DNA from: Nitrospira sp.
GTDB lineage: Bacteria > Nitrospirota > JACRHL01
NCBI GenBank assembly: GCA_026994095.1
Contig: JALWRU010000103.1
Location: 1 to 27,726, forward strand
Direction: 5' to 3'
DNA length: 27,726 nucleotides
The notes beneath the pieces are model-generated. The model was not told the DNA's origin. It ran no database searches and saw nothing but the letters and a program-made list of their open reading frames with translations. Below are positions 20,901 to 27,567 of this stretch, piece by piece (the first letter of the stretch is position 1; every line of letters begins with the position of its first letter). The position numbers and the translations under genes were made by a program.

Positions 20901-23900
20901 GTACCCCAATACTTGCGCACGAATGGCGCTCAGGCCTGGCCCTGCCTCTGGCAACTGAATTCGGGAGACTGCCGGAATGGCCCCACCGGGGCTCGTTACC
21001 GTAAACCCGTTAGCAAGGGTAAAACTGCCGCCATTGGGCTGTTGCAGGCGGACGTCATAACCGCCCAGCGGTGCATTAGCTGCCGCCGTAACAGTCAATT
21101 TTAGTACCGTGTCAGACGATGTGCCGGTATTGATCGTCGCAGTCACCGGTTGCACCACGCCGCCACGCAAAAACTCAACGGTAGCGCCTGTTACTTCGAG
21201 GAAGCTGGCATTCAGGTCAACCGGCACCACCGCACCTTGCACCATCCGGTTAGGTACCATCCCACGAGCCACCGGCACCGGAGCCACCGGGAACCGGTCA
21301 AACACGATACCGCCGCTGAGGTCCGCATGGCGCAACATCACCGTGTATCGACCCACCGAAGCGGCGCTGTCTGCCGATATCGGTACTGTCAGCCCCGGTG
21401 TGGTGACCGTTCCACCGGTGAGCAGTGGGGACTGGAACAGGATGGTATCGCCCGCCACCACGTTGGCCCCCGTTAACGTAACCGGGAAGTTGGAACTGCC
21501 CTGAATAACACCGTCAGGGACATAGTTGTTCAGACCGGTCAACGGCTGCACAAAGGTGGTACCCGCAGCACCTGCATAGGACGGAATCAAGGTAAAGGGG
21601 CTGGTCCCACCGGGAGCGGTCACCGAGCCAGTAAAGCTGCTGGTACCACTGTAATAAAGCGCAATTCGACCACCGCCACCACCACTGCCAGCCGCATCTT
21701 CATTTGGCGGCGAGGCTAGCCAATTGGAGGCATTCCCCCCTCTGGCCCGAATCGTACCCGAACCGGAAAGGTTACCGACCCCCGGCCCGCCGTTCTGACC
21801 GACCAGCAGGAGGATGCTGCCACCGGCACCACCACCGGCACCCTTGATGTTTGTAGGGTTCCCCGGTGCGATGTCACCTACGCCATCAGTGGCGGAGAAC
21901 GCACCGTTGGTGCCGTCTGCCAGAATGCTTCCATCAATGGTGGCGTTACCCTGGACCTCCAGCACCACCGCACCGCCGCCATCACCACCCTCGTGCCAGT
22001 ATCGACCCGTCTCGTAACCGGCACCACCGCCACTGCCCGGCCGCAGGGGAATACCAGCAAAACAGGTAACCGGTGGGCAGTCGTCACTTAACACATCGTA
22101 GGTATGGCCGCCCTTGCCAGGGAAAAATGCGTCACCGCCTGCACCACCATTACCGCCACCGGTACCGGAGTTTTTACGACGTTCATCACTGACGAACTTA
22201 TCACTATTACTGCCCGCGCCAGGGCCCTGAGCCAAATTAACCTTACCGTTCACACCCGGTTGCAATTTGGCACCAATAAAACCGTTGCCGGACGCATCAA
22301 TCACACCCGCTGCACCAACGATCAGATCCCCCCCGACCCGCAAGCGTACATAGCTGCTGTTCGAGTCGATGACCAAGGTACCGTTGGTGACCTCTACGTT
22401 GTTGATCACGTTGACGACGATGTCACCCTGCAGGGTCAATACCGCACCACCATTCAGGGTGATATGGTCCAGCGACAGGGGCAAGGACCCATCAATGGTT
22501 TGACTACCGCCCACCAGATCAATGCCCAACGGTGCTCCCAGCGGTAACGTAAAGCTCGGCGAACTCTGGCCGTTGGGGTTGGTAATCATCAGATCGACTC
22601 CGGTGGCCGGAGCAAACGTATCCAGGGTGATGTTGATGGCCTGCGCACCCAACACAGTCTGGTTGATCAACTTACCGGAGGCGCTGACTACCGATACCAC
22701 CGCCTCAGGATCAAAGCCGGTACCCGTAATGGATACCGATTGGCTCAACTCTCCGCTGGTCAACTGGCCGGGGTTGAGCCCGGTAATCAAGGGGACCGGC
22801 TCAATCGTCAACAGGGCCCGCGCCTGCCCACCGGTGTCCCGAACCAGTGTCAATACTCGCGGCACGGAGAAATCCGCATCGGTGGCGACCGTCAAATCAA
22901 AGACAACAGAGGTCGCCGTGGCATTTCGTACGTTGGATGCACTTACGCCGGAACCGGATACCAGCACTTGCGACGCATTCAATATGGAACCCAGCCGGGA
23001 CCCACTGACGGTCACGGTGGTGACTTGTCCTTGAGGAACACCCGCCGGGCTGAGACTAAAGATACTCAGCCCATCAGTGACCGACAGTAAACTGGTTGTG
23101 GATATAAATGTGCCGCCGTCTGGATTGGTGACCCTGACCTGCCGCCCGCCGAGCGTGGCAAACGGTAACAAATCGACAGTGACAGCCGCTTCCAGCGGGC
23201 TCACCGGCAGGACGTCACGGACGATAATATCGCCCGCGGGAACAAATTCGAAGACAGCCCCCTCCTGCAGGTTTTGCCCACGTACGGTCAACAGTACTCC
23301 GTGAGCGCCCTGGCCAAGTTGCGGAGCGACCACCGCACCCAACGACACGCTATCCACACGGGTGCTGCTGCGGATCTCCAACTCACCGACAGCCGTACCA
23401 AAACTGCTGTCAGGATTGGTTACTGTAACGTCGATCAATCCCGGAGTGGCATTACCTGCCAAACTGACCAATCCGGTCAGAATGCCCTCATTGGCAGGCG
23501 GACCTGAAAACGAAAACACCGGGGGGGTAATATAATCAATCCCGCTGGCGGCAAAACTTACCGAGGCGCCAGACACAATGCCACGCCCACGCGCCTCCAG
23601 CGCCACCGACGACACATCTTGCAATACACAGCCACTCGCCGCGCCCACCGGCGTACAGGAGCCCACCCCGGTAGCGGACATCCGAATGCCATTGGGCCGT
23701 TCCAGTACCTGCAATCCGCCGGTAAGCAACTGGGGAGCGCCACCCGGATTGGTGAGTTCCAGCGTATAGGAGCCCGGTGCCACATCGCCAATATCGACGT
23801 TAATACGGATCAGCCGGGACGACAGGAAACGGACATCATTGACGGTCACTCCATCCGGAACAAACGTGACTGTCGGCACATTTAAAAAGCCGGCACCTGA

Positions 23901-26900
23901 AATATCAATGGTGCGGTTTACCGCAGTGGCGCCAATCGCCGCTGGAGAGGTGCCGTTACTGGCGGTTGCCGTAACCGTCGGTGCAGAAGGGGGCAGGGAG
24001 AACCGATAAGCAATGTCCGCAGCTTCGGTATTTACCGGTAGCGTCACCCCTTCGTTCCGACCGATTTGCCACGCTATGCCATTCCAGGAATAAACACGCA
24101 GGACACCGTCATCCCCCGGATTGCTGGCGTTTTCATCAACCACAGCGGCCAGCAAATCACCACCACCGGCATCGGCAGTCAATGACACCCAGCGGACCTC
24201 TTCACGATCAGACGGACCATCCAACGACACCACACCACCCCACCCGGTGGCTTCTGTCCACCGTCGAGATCGCGGTGCCGCATTGGGCGGCCCCGGTACA
24301 GTAGCGGGCGGAATAATTGGTGGTGACGCCTTCTGGATACCGTAGACCACCGTCGCTTCGTCAAAGGTGCCAGACCACACCACGTCGAACGGGCGCTGGT
24401 CTCCGGCATAGGAAAGGTGGTCGATATCACTCAACAGCGGGGTGCTCAGTTGGGCGAAGGTTTGGCCCCAGCGGACTCCCCCCCAGATCTGCCCGAACAG
24501 CCCACCACTGGTTGTGCTGTTCACTAACGCAACCAGATTTCGACCGGAGGCAGCGGCCAGGCGTAGCCAGATGATTTCATCTGAGGACGAAGACGAAGCG
24601 GTTAACGCACCCTCCAAGGTCCACGAGGCACCATCCCAATGACCCACACCGGGGATGACATCACCAGCAACCGCCCATGCGACCATGGCTTTCTGGCTAC
24701 CCGAAGCCCCCCAATAGACGGCGTCAAAACCCATCGTGGCTGTAGATACCAGCCCATTGGCACCAATCAGTAGTTGTTCGCTAGCAGCATCAAAACCGCT
24801 GGCGGAGACTGCAGTGCCAGCATGCCAGACAACCGCACACAACGCCCGGTTATCGTTGAGGTAGACAACCAGCGCTTCAGTGCCTGTCGCATTGGCAACG
24901 GTGCGTACCCAGCGCACATCGTGAACACCACCGCATTCAGGGTTGGTGCGAGGAATTGCACCAGAGGTCACCACATTGCCGGGGGCCGCCGGTCCACCAA
25001 TCACTTGATAGGACAGCCCACCATTCGTGCCGTAGGCAACCAGATATCGCTCTGCCAGCACCCCGGACACGGATGCCACATCAACCACACGCTTGCTACC
25101 GACAGCGTTCACTACCGAAATCGGTGCAGAAGGGGCTTGCCAGACAGGGTTTTGCCCGGCGTCCAATAAGCGCTCTTGCAGGTAGAGCGTGCCACCGGCC
25201 AGACTGGCTAACAGCAGTTCTCCGGTTGCTCGCCCGGACTGGGAGACTACCCAGTCCGGCTTGTGCGGAATGAGAGACGCACTGGCATTGCCCCAGCCAA
25301 ACCCATTCCATCGACGGGTAAGCGGTGTCGAGGCACCGGCCTGCGCATAGATCAAATCGGCCTGGGTAATCCCTGCCGGGGGCGCCTCCAGCCGCAAGGA
25401 TAGTGGTGCCGAAACCCCGCCGTCGCCGTTGTCTACAGTCAGGTTACGCAGGTCAAAAGTAGGATCTGGATTTTGTTCTATCAGATTGGCGTCAATCGAT
25501 ACCGATATCACCGCCGTCAACTGGGTAAAGCTGTCGAACTGGACCGACTGAACGGTCGCGCCCGTGCCCGATATATTGACCTGTGCACCGCTGATAAACC
25601 CGCTGCCGGTCAATACCACTGGCAACAATTCACCCACCACCATGGACGGGGGTGTGATTTGAGACAGGATGGGATTGGAGAGAATCGTCAGCGAACGGCT
25701 GTTTAACGATCGGCCCTGATTGCCATTCTGTACCGACACCGCGATCACCTCGGCAACGGCCTGCTCCGACACCTTAACCGGTACAGTAATCCGCGTTCCA
25801 ATACTGTTGACTACGGCCGGACCAGTTGCAGAAATCGAGGCCGGGGTGAAACTCAGTTGGGCGGCACTGTCAAAGTTGGTCCCGACCACTGACAGGGTCA
25901 GGCTTGCGCCTCGATCCACCTGCGTGATTGCCACCCCACCCGATTCCAGACCGGTCATCACCGGGGCCGGAGCCACCGTAAACACCGGAGTCGCTGCAGA
26001 AATCGAGGTGTCCGGGTTGCGGACCTGGGCTGACCGAGGGTTATCAATCGGCAGCGCACTGGCAGTCGGGTCGACAGACAACACAAAAGTAACCAGTGTG
26101 GGGGATGCCACAGCCACCGATGAAATGGTCAGGCCATTGGCCGGAAAACCCTCCGTAGCACCACCAAAGGTCAGGGCAGATCCGACCACAAACCCGGAGC
26201 CCGTCAACGACATGGCCACACCAGTCGCCCCTTGGCCAAGCACGCTGGGGCTCAAGGAAGTTACTACCGGCGGCGGCAGGGCGGGTGCGACGATACAGGT
26301 GCCGGCAGCACCGTCGGTAGAGAGATTATGAGAGGGGGTTCCCCGGAGGCCGCCCACGCACGATACATTGCTGGTCTGACTCAAGGCCGAACTGCCCACG
26401 GGTCCGTTCTGGCCGGTGTAATAGATGGCGATACGGCCACCACCACCACCGCCACCGTTAGCACCGGGGCTGCCTCCCGGGGTACACGCTGAACCGGTAT
26501 AGCCGGGGCCACCCCTGCCGCCTACCGAGCGCACCACCACTGTCCCGACACCGGCGTTGGTCAACAGGTCGCCAGTTCGTAACAGAATAGAACCACCACT
26601 GCCACCACCACCGCTGGCGCGATTGTTGCCCCCCACGCCTGAGATCCCGGCAGCACCATCTACGGTAATCAAGCCATCCAGCGTGGTCGTACCGGCAATA
26701 ATAAGGCGAACCGCTGCACCACCATTACCACCGGCACCCAGCGTCAGCGGCATACCACTACCCGGCTTGCTGTCGCCACCCCGGCTACCGGGTAAGGAGG
26801 GGGCCGACACACTGCCGTACGCACTACCGCCAATGGTTTCGTTTGAAAAAGAGCGGCCAGCGTTACCACCGCCACCGCCACCGCCAGCACCACTACCCGG

Positions 26901-27317
26901 ACAACCAAACTGAAACGGCGTCGCCCCCGCGCCAATCCCCAGCACATTGGCGATGCCACTACCACCCACGCCATTGAGCTGGCCACCGGTGGCCACGGTA
27001 AAGTCGCCACCGACTGTAATCGTCAGCGCCTCGGTGGTACCTATAAGTTGCAGCGTAGCACCCGCCTCGATCACCAGATTGCCAGTCACTACCAAGGTGC
27101 CCGACCCGACCATCGTCGCCTGAACGCCCCCCGCCTGAATGGCAAGGTCGCCGTTGCAGGTCATCGCCTGCAACCCGATACCGCCGGGGTCCATTTCGCT
27201 GGCCACACCACCGCCCGCAGGAGTACACATTGCTGCCGCCTGCGCACCGGACGCGGTCAGGAACAGCACGGCCCCCACACTGAGCAAAATTGTGATTAGT
27301 CGACCCAGAAAAAGCAT
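14898..27317 (-). CDS. Giant (4139 aa) secreted multidomain surface/adhesin-like protein with Gly-rich, IPT/TIG-like Ig, beta-propeller-like and FN3 domains
   Basis: Uninterrupted 12420-nt ORF. An in-frame TAG two codons upstream fixes the start at 27317. The 27-aa signal peptide ends AQA|A. Repeat families are visible by eye (see the repeat features). Confidence 0.9.
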   Translation of the reverse strand: MLFLGRLITILLSVGAVLFLTASGAQAAAMCTPAGGGVASEMDPGGIGLQAMTCNGDLAIQAGGVQATMVGSGTLVVTGNLVIEAGATLQLIGTTEALTITVGGDFTVATGGQLNGVGGSGIANVLGIGAGATPFQFGCPGSGAGGGGGGGNAGRSFSNETIGGSAYGSVSAPSLPGSRGGDSKPGSGMPLTLGAGGNGGAAVRLIIAGTTTLDGLITVDGAAGISGVGGNNRASGGGGSGGSILLRTGDLLTNAGVGTVVVRSVGGRGGPGYTGSACTPGGSPGANGGGGGGGRIAIYYTGQNGPVGSSALSQTSNVSCVGGLRGTPSHNLSTDGAAGTCIVAPALPPPVVTSLSPSVLGQGATGVAMSLTGSGFVVGSALTFGGATEGFPANGLTISSVAVASPTLVTFVLSVDPTASALPIDNPRSAQVRNPDTSISAATPVFTVAPAPVMTGLESGGVAITQVDRGASLTLSVVGTNFDSAAQLSFTPASISATGPAVVNSIGTRITVPVKVSEQAVAEVIAVSVQNGNQGRSLNSRSLTILSNPILSQITPPSMVVGELLPVVLTGSGFISGAQVNISGTGATVQSVQFDSFTQLTAVISVSIDANLIEQNPDPTFDLRNLTVDNGDGGVSAPLSLRLEAPPAGITQADLIYAQAGASTPLTRRWNGFGWGNASASLIPHKPDWVVSQSGRATGELLLASLAGGTLYLQERLLDAGQNPVWQAPSAPISVVNAVGSKRVVDVASVSGVLAERYLVAYGTNGGLSYQVIGGPAAPGNVVTSGAIPRTNPECGGVHDVRWVRTVANATGTEALVVYLNDNRALCAVVWHAGTAVSASGFDAASEQLLIGANGLVSTATMGFDAVYWGASGSQKAMVAWAVAGDVIPGVGHWDGASWTLEGALTASSSSSDEIIWLRLAAASGRNLVALVNSTTSGGLFGQIWGGVRWGQTFAQLSTPLLSDIDHLSYAGDQRPFDVVWSGTFDEATVVYGIQKASPPIIPPATVPGPPNAAPRSRRWTEATGWGGVVSLDGPSDREEVRWVSLTADAGGGDLLAAVVDENASNPGDDGVLRVYSWNGIAWQIGRNEGVTLPVNTEAADIAYRFSLPPSAPTVTATASNGTSPAAIGATAVNRTIDISGAGFLNVPTVTFVPDGVTVNDVRFLSSRLIRINVDIGDVAPGSYTLELTNPGGAPQLLTGGLQVLERPNGIRMSATGVGSCTPVGAASGCVLQDVSSVALEARGRGIVSGASVSFAASGIDYITPPVFSFSGPPANEGILTGLVSLAGNATPGLIDVTVTNPDSSFGTAVGELEIRSSTRVDSVSLGAVVAPQLGQGAHGVLLTVRGQNLQEGAVFEFVPAGDIIVRDVLPVSPLEAAVTVDLLPFATLGGRQVRVTNPDGGTFISTTSLLSVTDGLSIFSLSPAGVPQGQVTTVTVSGSRLGSILNASQVLVSGSGVSASNVRNATATSVVFDLTVATDADFSVPRVLTLVRDTGGQARALLTIEPVPLITGLNPGQLTSGELSQSVSITGTGFDPEAVVSVVSASGKLINQTVLGAQAINITLDTFAPATGVDLMITNPNGQSSPSFTLPLGAPLGIDLVGGSQTIDGSLPLSLDHITLNGGAVLTLQGDIVVNVINNVEVTNGTLVIDSNSSYVRLRVGGDLIVGAAGVIDASGNGFIGAKLQPGVNGKVNLAQGPGAGSNSDKFVSDERRKNSGTGGGNGGAGGDAFFPGKGGHTYDVLSDDCPPVTCFAGIPLRPGSGGGAGYETGRYWHEGGDGGGAVVLEVQGNATIDGSILADGTNGAFSATDGVGDIAPGNPTNIKGAGGGAGGSILLLVGQNGGPGVGNLSGSGTIRARGGNASNWLASPPNEDAAGSGGGGGRIALYYSGTSSFTGSVTAPGGTSPFTLIPSYAGAAGTTFVQPLTGLNNYVPDGVIQGSSNFPVTLTGANVVAGDTILFQSPLLTGGTVTTPGLTVPISADSAASVGRYTVMLRHADLSGGIVFDRFPVAPVPVARGMVPNRMVQGAVVPVDLNASFLEVTGATVEFLRGGVVQPVTATINTGTSSDTVLKLTVTAAANAPLGGYDVRLQQPNGGSFTLANGFTVTSPGGAIPAVSRIQLPEAGPGLSAIRAQVLGYDFGVPGAFNVTGVSTSPGVSMRFAPGGCPGVATDPPAQQFVGCEPNPAAEQHLDVLFDTTVVTSGLVDVTVTGAAGSSTVVGGIRINPAPVIATVVPDRGQETFVITVTGSNLQPGAVISLDDQQIQVGVTSVNNGVLTATVTVPTDIATTSTTLRVTNADGGEDLFTPWVGNPQPVVISRSPTSGLKPGLTGSYTITGKNFISDAVVDLGAGVTVLSTTVVDSTQIQITARADNDAVVGPRDLTVTNRSTRPSGVLLNGFGVGPKLILQSVTPSVVGVGGGTVVSGRSTGVTLLLGGQGMSSDLSLHDISFSAEGVERLSSSNNPLDSSTPSSLSKLANFRSIDVGGTTVTSGQMQIRVVSGTDVGVGTITVQNPDGTNSSHPFTVTPAPVISQVTPSSVIRGTQVDLSISGFNFDTINPRVCIGGDCDRGLGDAGVRVLSVQPQTPNLLIATVLVETDASIGSHAITIANKDRGRKSQSNMLEVTSGFTINARTAVAVNVGATLGDSMSGQGFSGTPQVIFLNADGSIDSTIQTSGVSATSTSVSYSVTVGGTALPGMRTVRVINGDGAVAEQRNFLLVSNGVGPTVGAILVPNSVNRLGLIGWMPRIVHNIQLLGKGFTAANLAVSFDRAGLAVSNMSVVNDGLVTFSLTMPPDTVPGAAAVTVTSAAGQDTLADALIISASPVLSSTQPAVVTSNTVATSMLINGGNIDRDVRVEVFTPGITLRDFDPAPGSQPAWIASNLVRIVYDAAASASGTMELKLVNEDGGVGRILVPVEPPARHGDAVVAYLAGIGTNGLEVRDWAGVGPIGPALASNPAGTQLPHAAASTDYQLKLHSNPVNPGEYMLAVARYKDQNFQPHLRVYRRLPGSTDWNAVFTQAELTSVGFPTPEWHGHPFDIAYEQAGAGAGLVVYGSGPGLSFVRLKQGVADVGGVVSIGGVSPNANGRPLWVRLIPQKGSQRILVMYVTHNMEVQAIIWDGAAGTSGAFISQFDVNGPGSLLTNNAAQGPSNSDPVEFVKASFDGAWESQSGRAVAFWGTDTPDNLQAATWDPVNGWAGPFVQPSSSLVLQPGRGPTFLAARAAPVGNRIAVAGAFFNRTNFNRSLVATFWDGGWVPSSGTVLSPRLALGPSSQVKEAQNFDLEWVSPTKLVALYGFAVSRFKTFRGNIQYRTWEASAAPQGVWQVGVDLPIHGPIQTSVDISKDPESNDMLAVVVVDDGITDNSAPKIQTTYLYRWNGFGWSTADELTNATTNHVLRASRPGKPDLVNHFGRTGTVAYRTDAAAPAAVSLSQVGVGSASATVQWAAPGDNGATDGQAGGYDIRWSHLTIVDDDATVLPGEIRFSDANQVPNPPLPGVAGTVQQVVVDFGAVGSYTVALKTGDRPSLKLANGQESLRVNVSALSNVLTVTTLAADPVPPEAVTDLAAVAGANPETMIQLSWTGVADDAGVPANGPVQSYDLRISTINISEVGGNNNFFTPFDRVPRTERLTPSVDGAGNTRGVSNSFLVTGLNAGTTYYFAVKGEDEDSTQYAPISNVPSLRTASAVPSAIGDLVVSSRGQNALTLSWTVPTGNPVGYEVRVASTPIVDDSAVADCAALAGQICFSLAQAALHPPAPVAAGLRQSFTVTGLSPGQLYYMAVVPVRYESNNGVLTQLAPPLALASGTTLTDPGINPTQPSAVSDLSVIAGTVRNDAVGLRWTSPLSPEGRVERYEIRWSTVPMAVATAADIHSVQLPLLPGVTNLVQTFTLTDLPENARLYVTVIGYSRSGFASTLSNTVIIHTALRRGLNPISPPGALVTPDILPLLSPLVGSCVPANAPTTGVGPVPACANGETPVVTAYRWDPTVNAATGGDFVPIDFTDATPDRFVPGEGIFVQAIGRQSVLDVEGLDQPSFTRVAIPNQNAGLIGNPYAQPVAVSSLRIVGVDGANVVQYNQPFTTAVTDGVINPELGFSTVVNGVLQIQPVTASDMLLPFRAYFIQLGGTPNGALSYFVEVVHP
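15550..17050 (-). repeat. Four tandem FN3-like domains in the giant protein (protein-level repeat)
   Basis: P.AV.DL...L.W....Y(D/E)(I/L/V)R.S..P(I/M)...V.GL.....YY pattern, e.g. WAAPGDNG...GYDIRWS, LSWTG...SYDLRIS, LSWTVP...GYEVRVA, LRWTSP...RYEIRWS. Boundaries are approximate. Confidence 0.75.
17055..18550 (-). repeat. Trp-rich 8-repeat beta-propeller-like domain 2
   Basis: Eight repeats of about 55-75 aa with W-x-G-x-x-W-like cores (IIWDG, WDPVNGW, FWDGGW, WNGFGW). Aligns repeat by repeat with domain 1. Confidence 0.6.
18560..21545 (-). repeat. Ten tandem IPT/TIG-like Ig domains
   Basis: Units of about 85-125 aa beginning P.(V/I)..V.P, with an (I/V)TG.NF/GF motif and a V.N(P/A)DG turn (VTNADGG, VQNPDG, VINGDG, LVNEDGG). 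Confidence 0.7.
21545..22530 (-). repeat. Glycine-rich domain 2
   Basis: GGDGGGAVVLEVQGNATIDG, GAGGGAGGSILL, GSGGGGRIALYYSG and GAAGTTFV are collinear with Gly-rich domain 1. Confidence 0.7.
22530..23990 (-). repeat. Five tandem IPT/TIG-like Ig domains
   Basis: Same unit pattern (LTNPGG, VTNPDS, VTNPDGG, ITNPNG). Confidence 0.7.
23990..25370 (-). repeat. Trp-rich 8-repeat beta-propeller-like domain 1
   Basis: Eight repeats with cores WNGFGW, WDGASW, WGGVRW, WTEATGW and WNGIAW. Confidence 0.6.
25380..26280 (-). repeat. Three tandem IPT/TIG-like Ig domains
   Basis: PVVTSLSP...LTGSGF...VRNPDT; ...VVGTNF...VQNGNQG; PILSQITP...LTGSGF...VDNGDGG. Confidence 0.7.
26281..27236 (-). repeat. Glycine-rich domain 1
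   Basis: GAGGGGGGG, GGNGGAAVRLIIAGTTTLDG, GGGGSGGSILL, GGGGGGRIAIYYTG and GAAGTCIV. Confidence 0.7.
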
Positions 27318-27374
27318 CCACTACCTGCGTTTGCTGCTACCGGTGTGCGCATCACACCCGTACACAGCCTCATA

Positions 27375-27453
27375 AACCTACCCACGATACTACCGAATTT
27401 TATGCACAGACCTTGCCGAAAACCGGCCTCCTGGCGAAAAATAACCTACCCAC
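27375..27453. repeat. 11-bp direct repeat AACCTACCCAC, two copies (27375-27385 and 27443-27453)
   Basis: Exact match read from the sequence. The copies are 68 nt apart and flank the sigma54-like site upstream of the giant gene. Confidence 0.6.
27402..27419 (-). promoter_or_regulatory. Candidate sigma54 (-24/-12) promoter of the giant gene
   Basis: Minus strand reads TCGGCAAGGTCTGTGCAT: GG-N10-GC spacing with GGCA and TGCA matching the TGGCACG-N4-TTGCW consensus, 85 nt upstream of the ATG. Confidence 0.4.
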
Positions 27454-27535
27454 CACCACAACCGGAGCCTGTGCCGCACCCTTACGGTTTACCACCGGAC
27501 CACCCATACCGGCCACACCCGCCGTTATTGGGTGG

Positions 27536-27557
27536 ATTGGGAAAAACAATGCCCAAT
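27536..27557. repeat. Inverted repeat ATTGGG-N10-CCCAAT
   Basis: Read directly. It lies 10 nt downstream of the FGE-like stop codon and about 120 nt upstream of the sigma54-like site. Confidence 0.4.
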
Positions 27558-27567
27558 ATTTGGACCG

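Noticed and set aside
23521-23527. G7 homopolymer in the giant gene as a phase-variation tract
   Set aside because: Short for a contingency locus, explained by Thr-Pro-Pro codons, and the ORF is intact.
11426-27317. Functional link between lepB (signal peptidase) and the nearby giant Sec substrate
   Set aside because: lepA-lepB is a widely conserved pair with its own promoter candidate and different codon usage, so the adjacency is probably incidental.
14898-27317. Giant ORF as a CDI/RHS/MARTX toxin or intein-containing protein
   Set aside because: No FHA or RHS/YD repeats, VENN or HINT motifs, RTX nonapeptides or recognisable toxin domain. The downstream gene is a secreted FN3 protein, unlike a cytoplasmic immunity protein.
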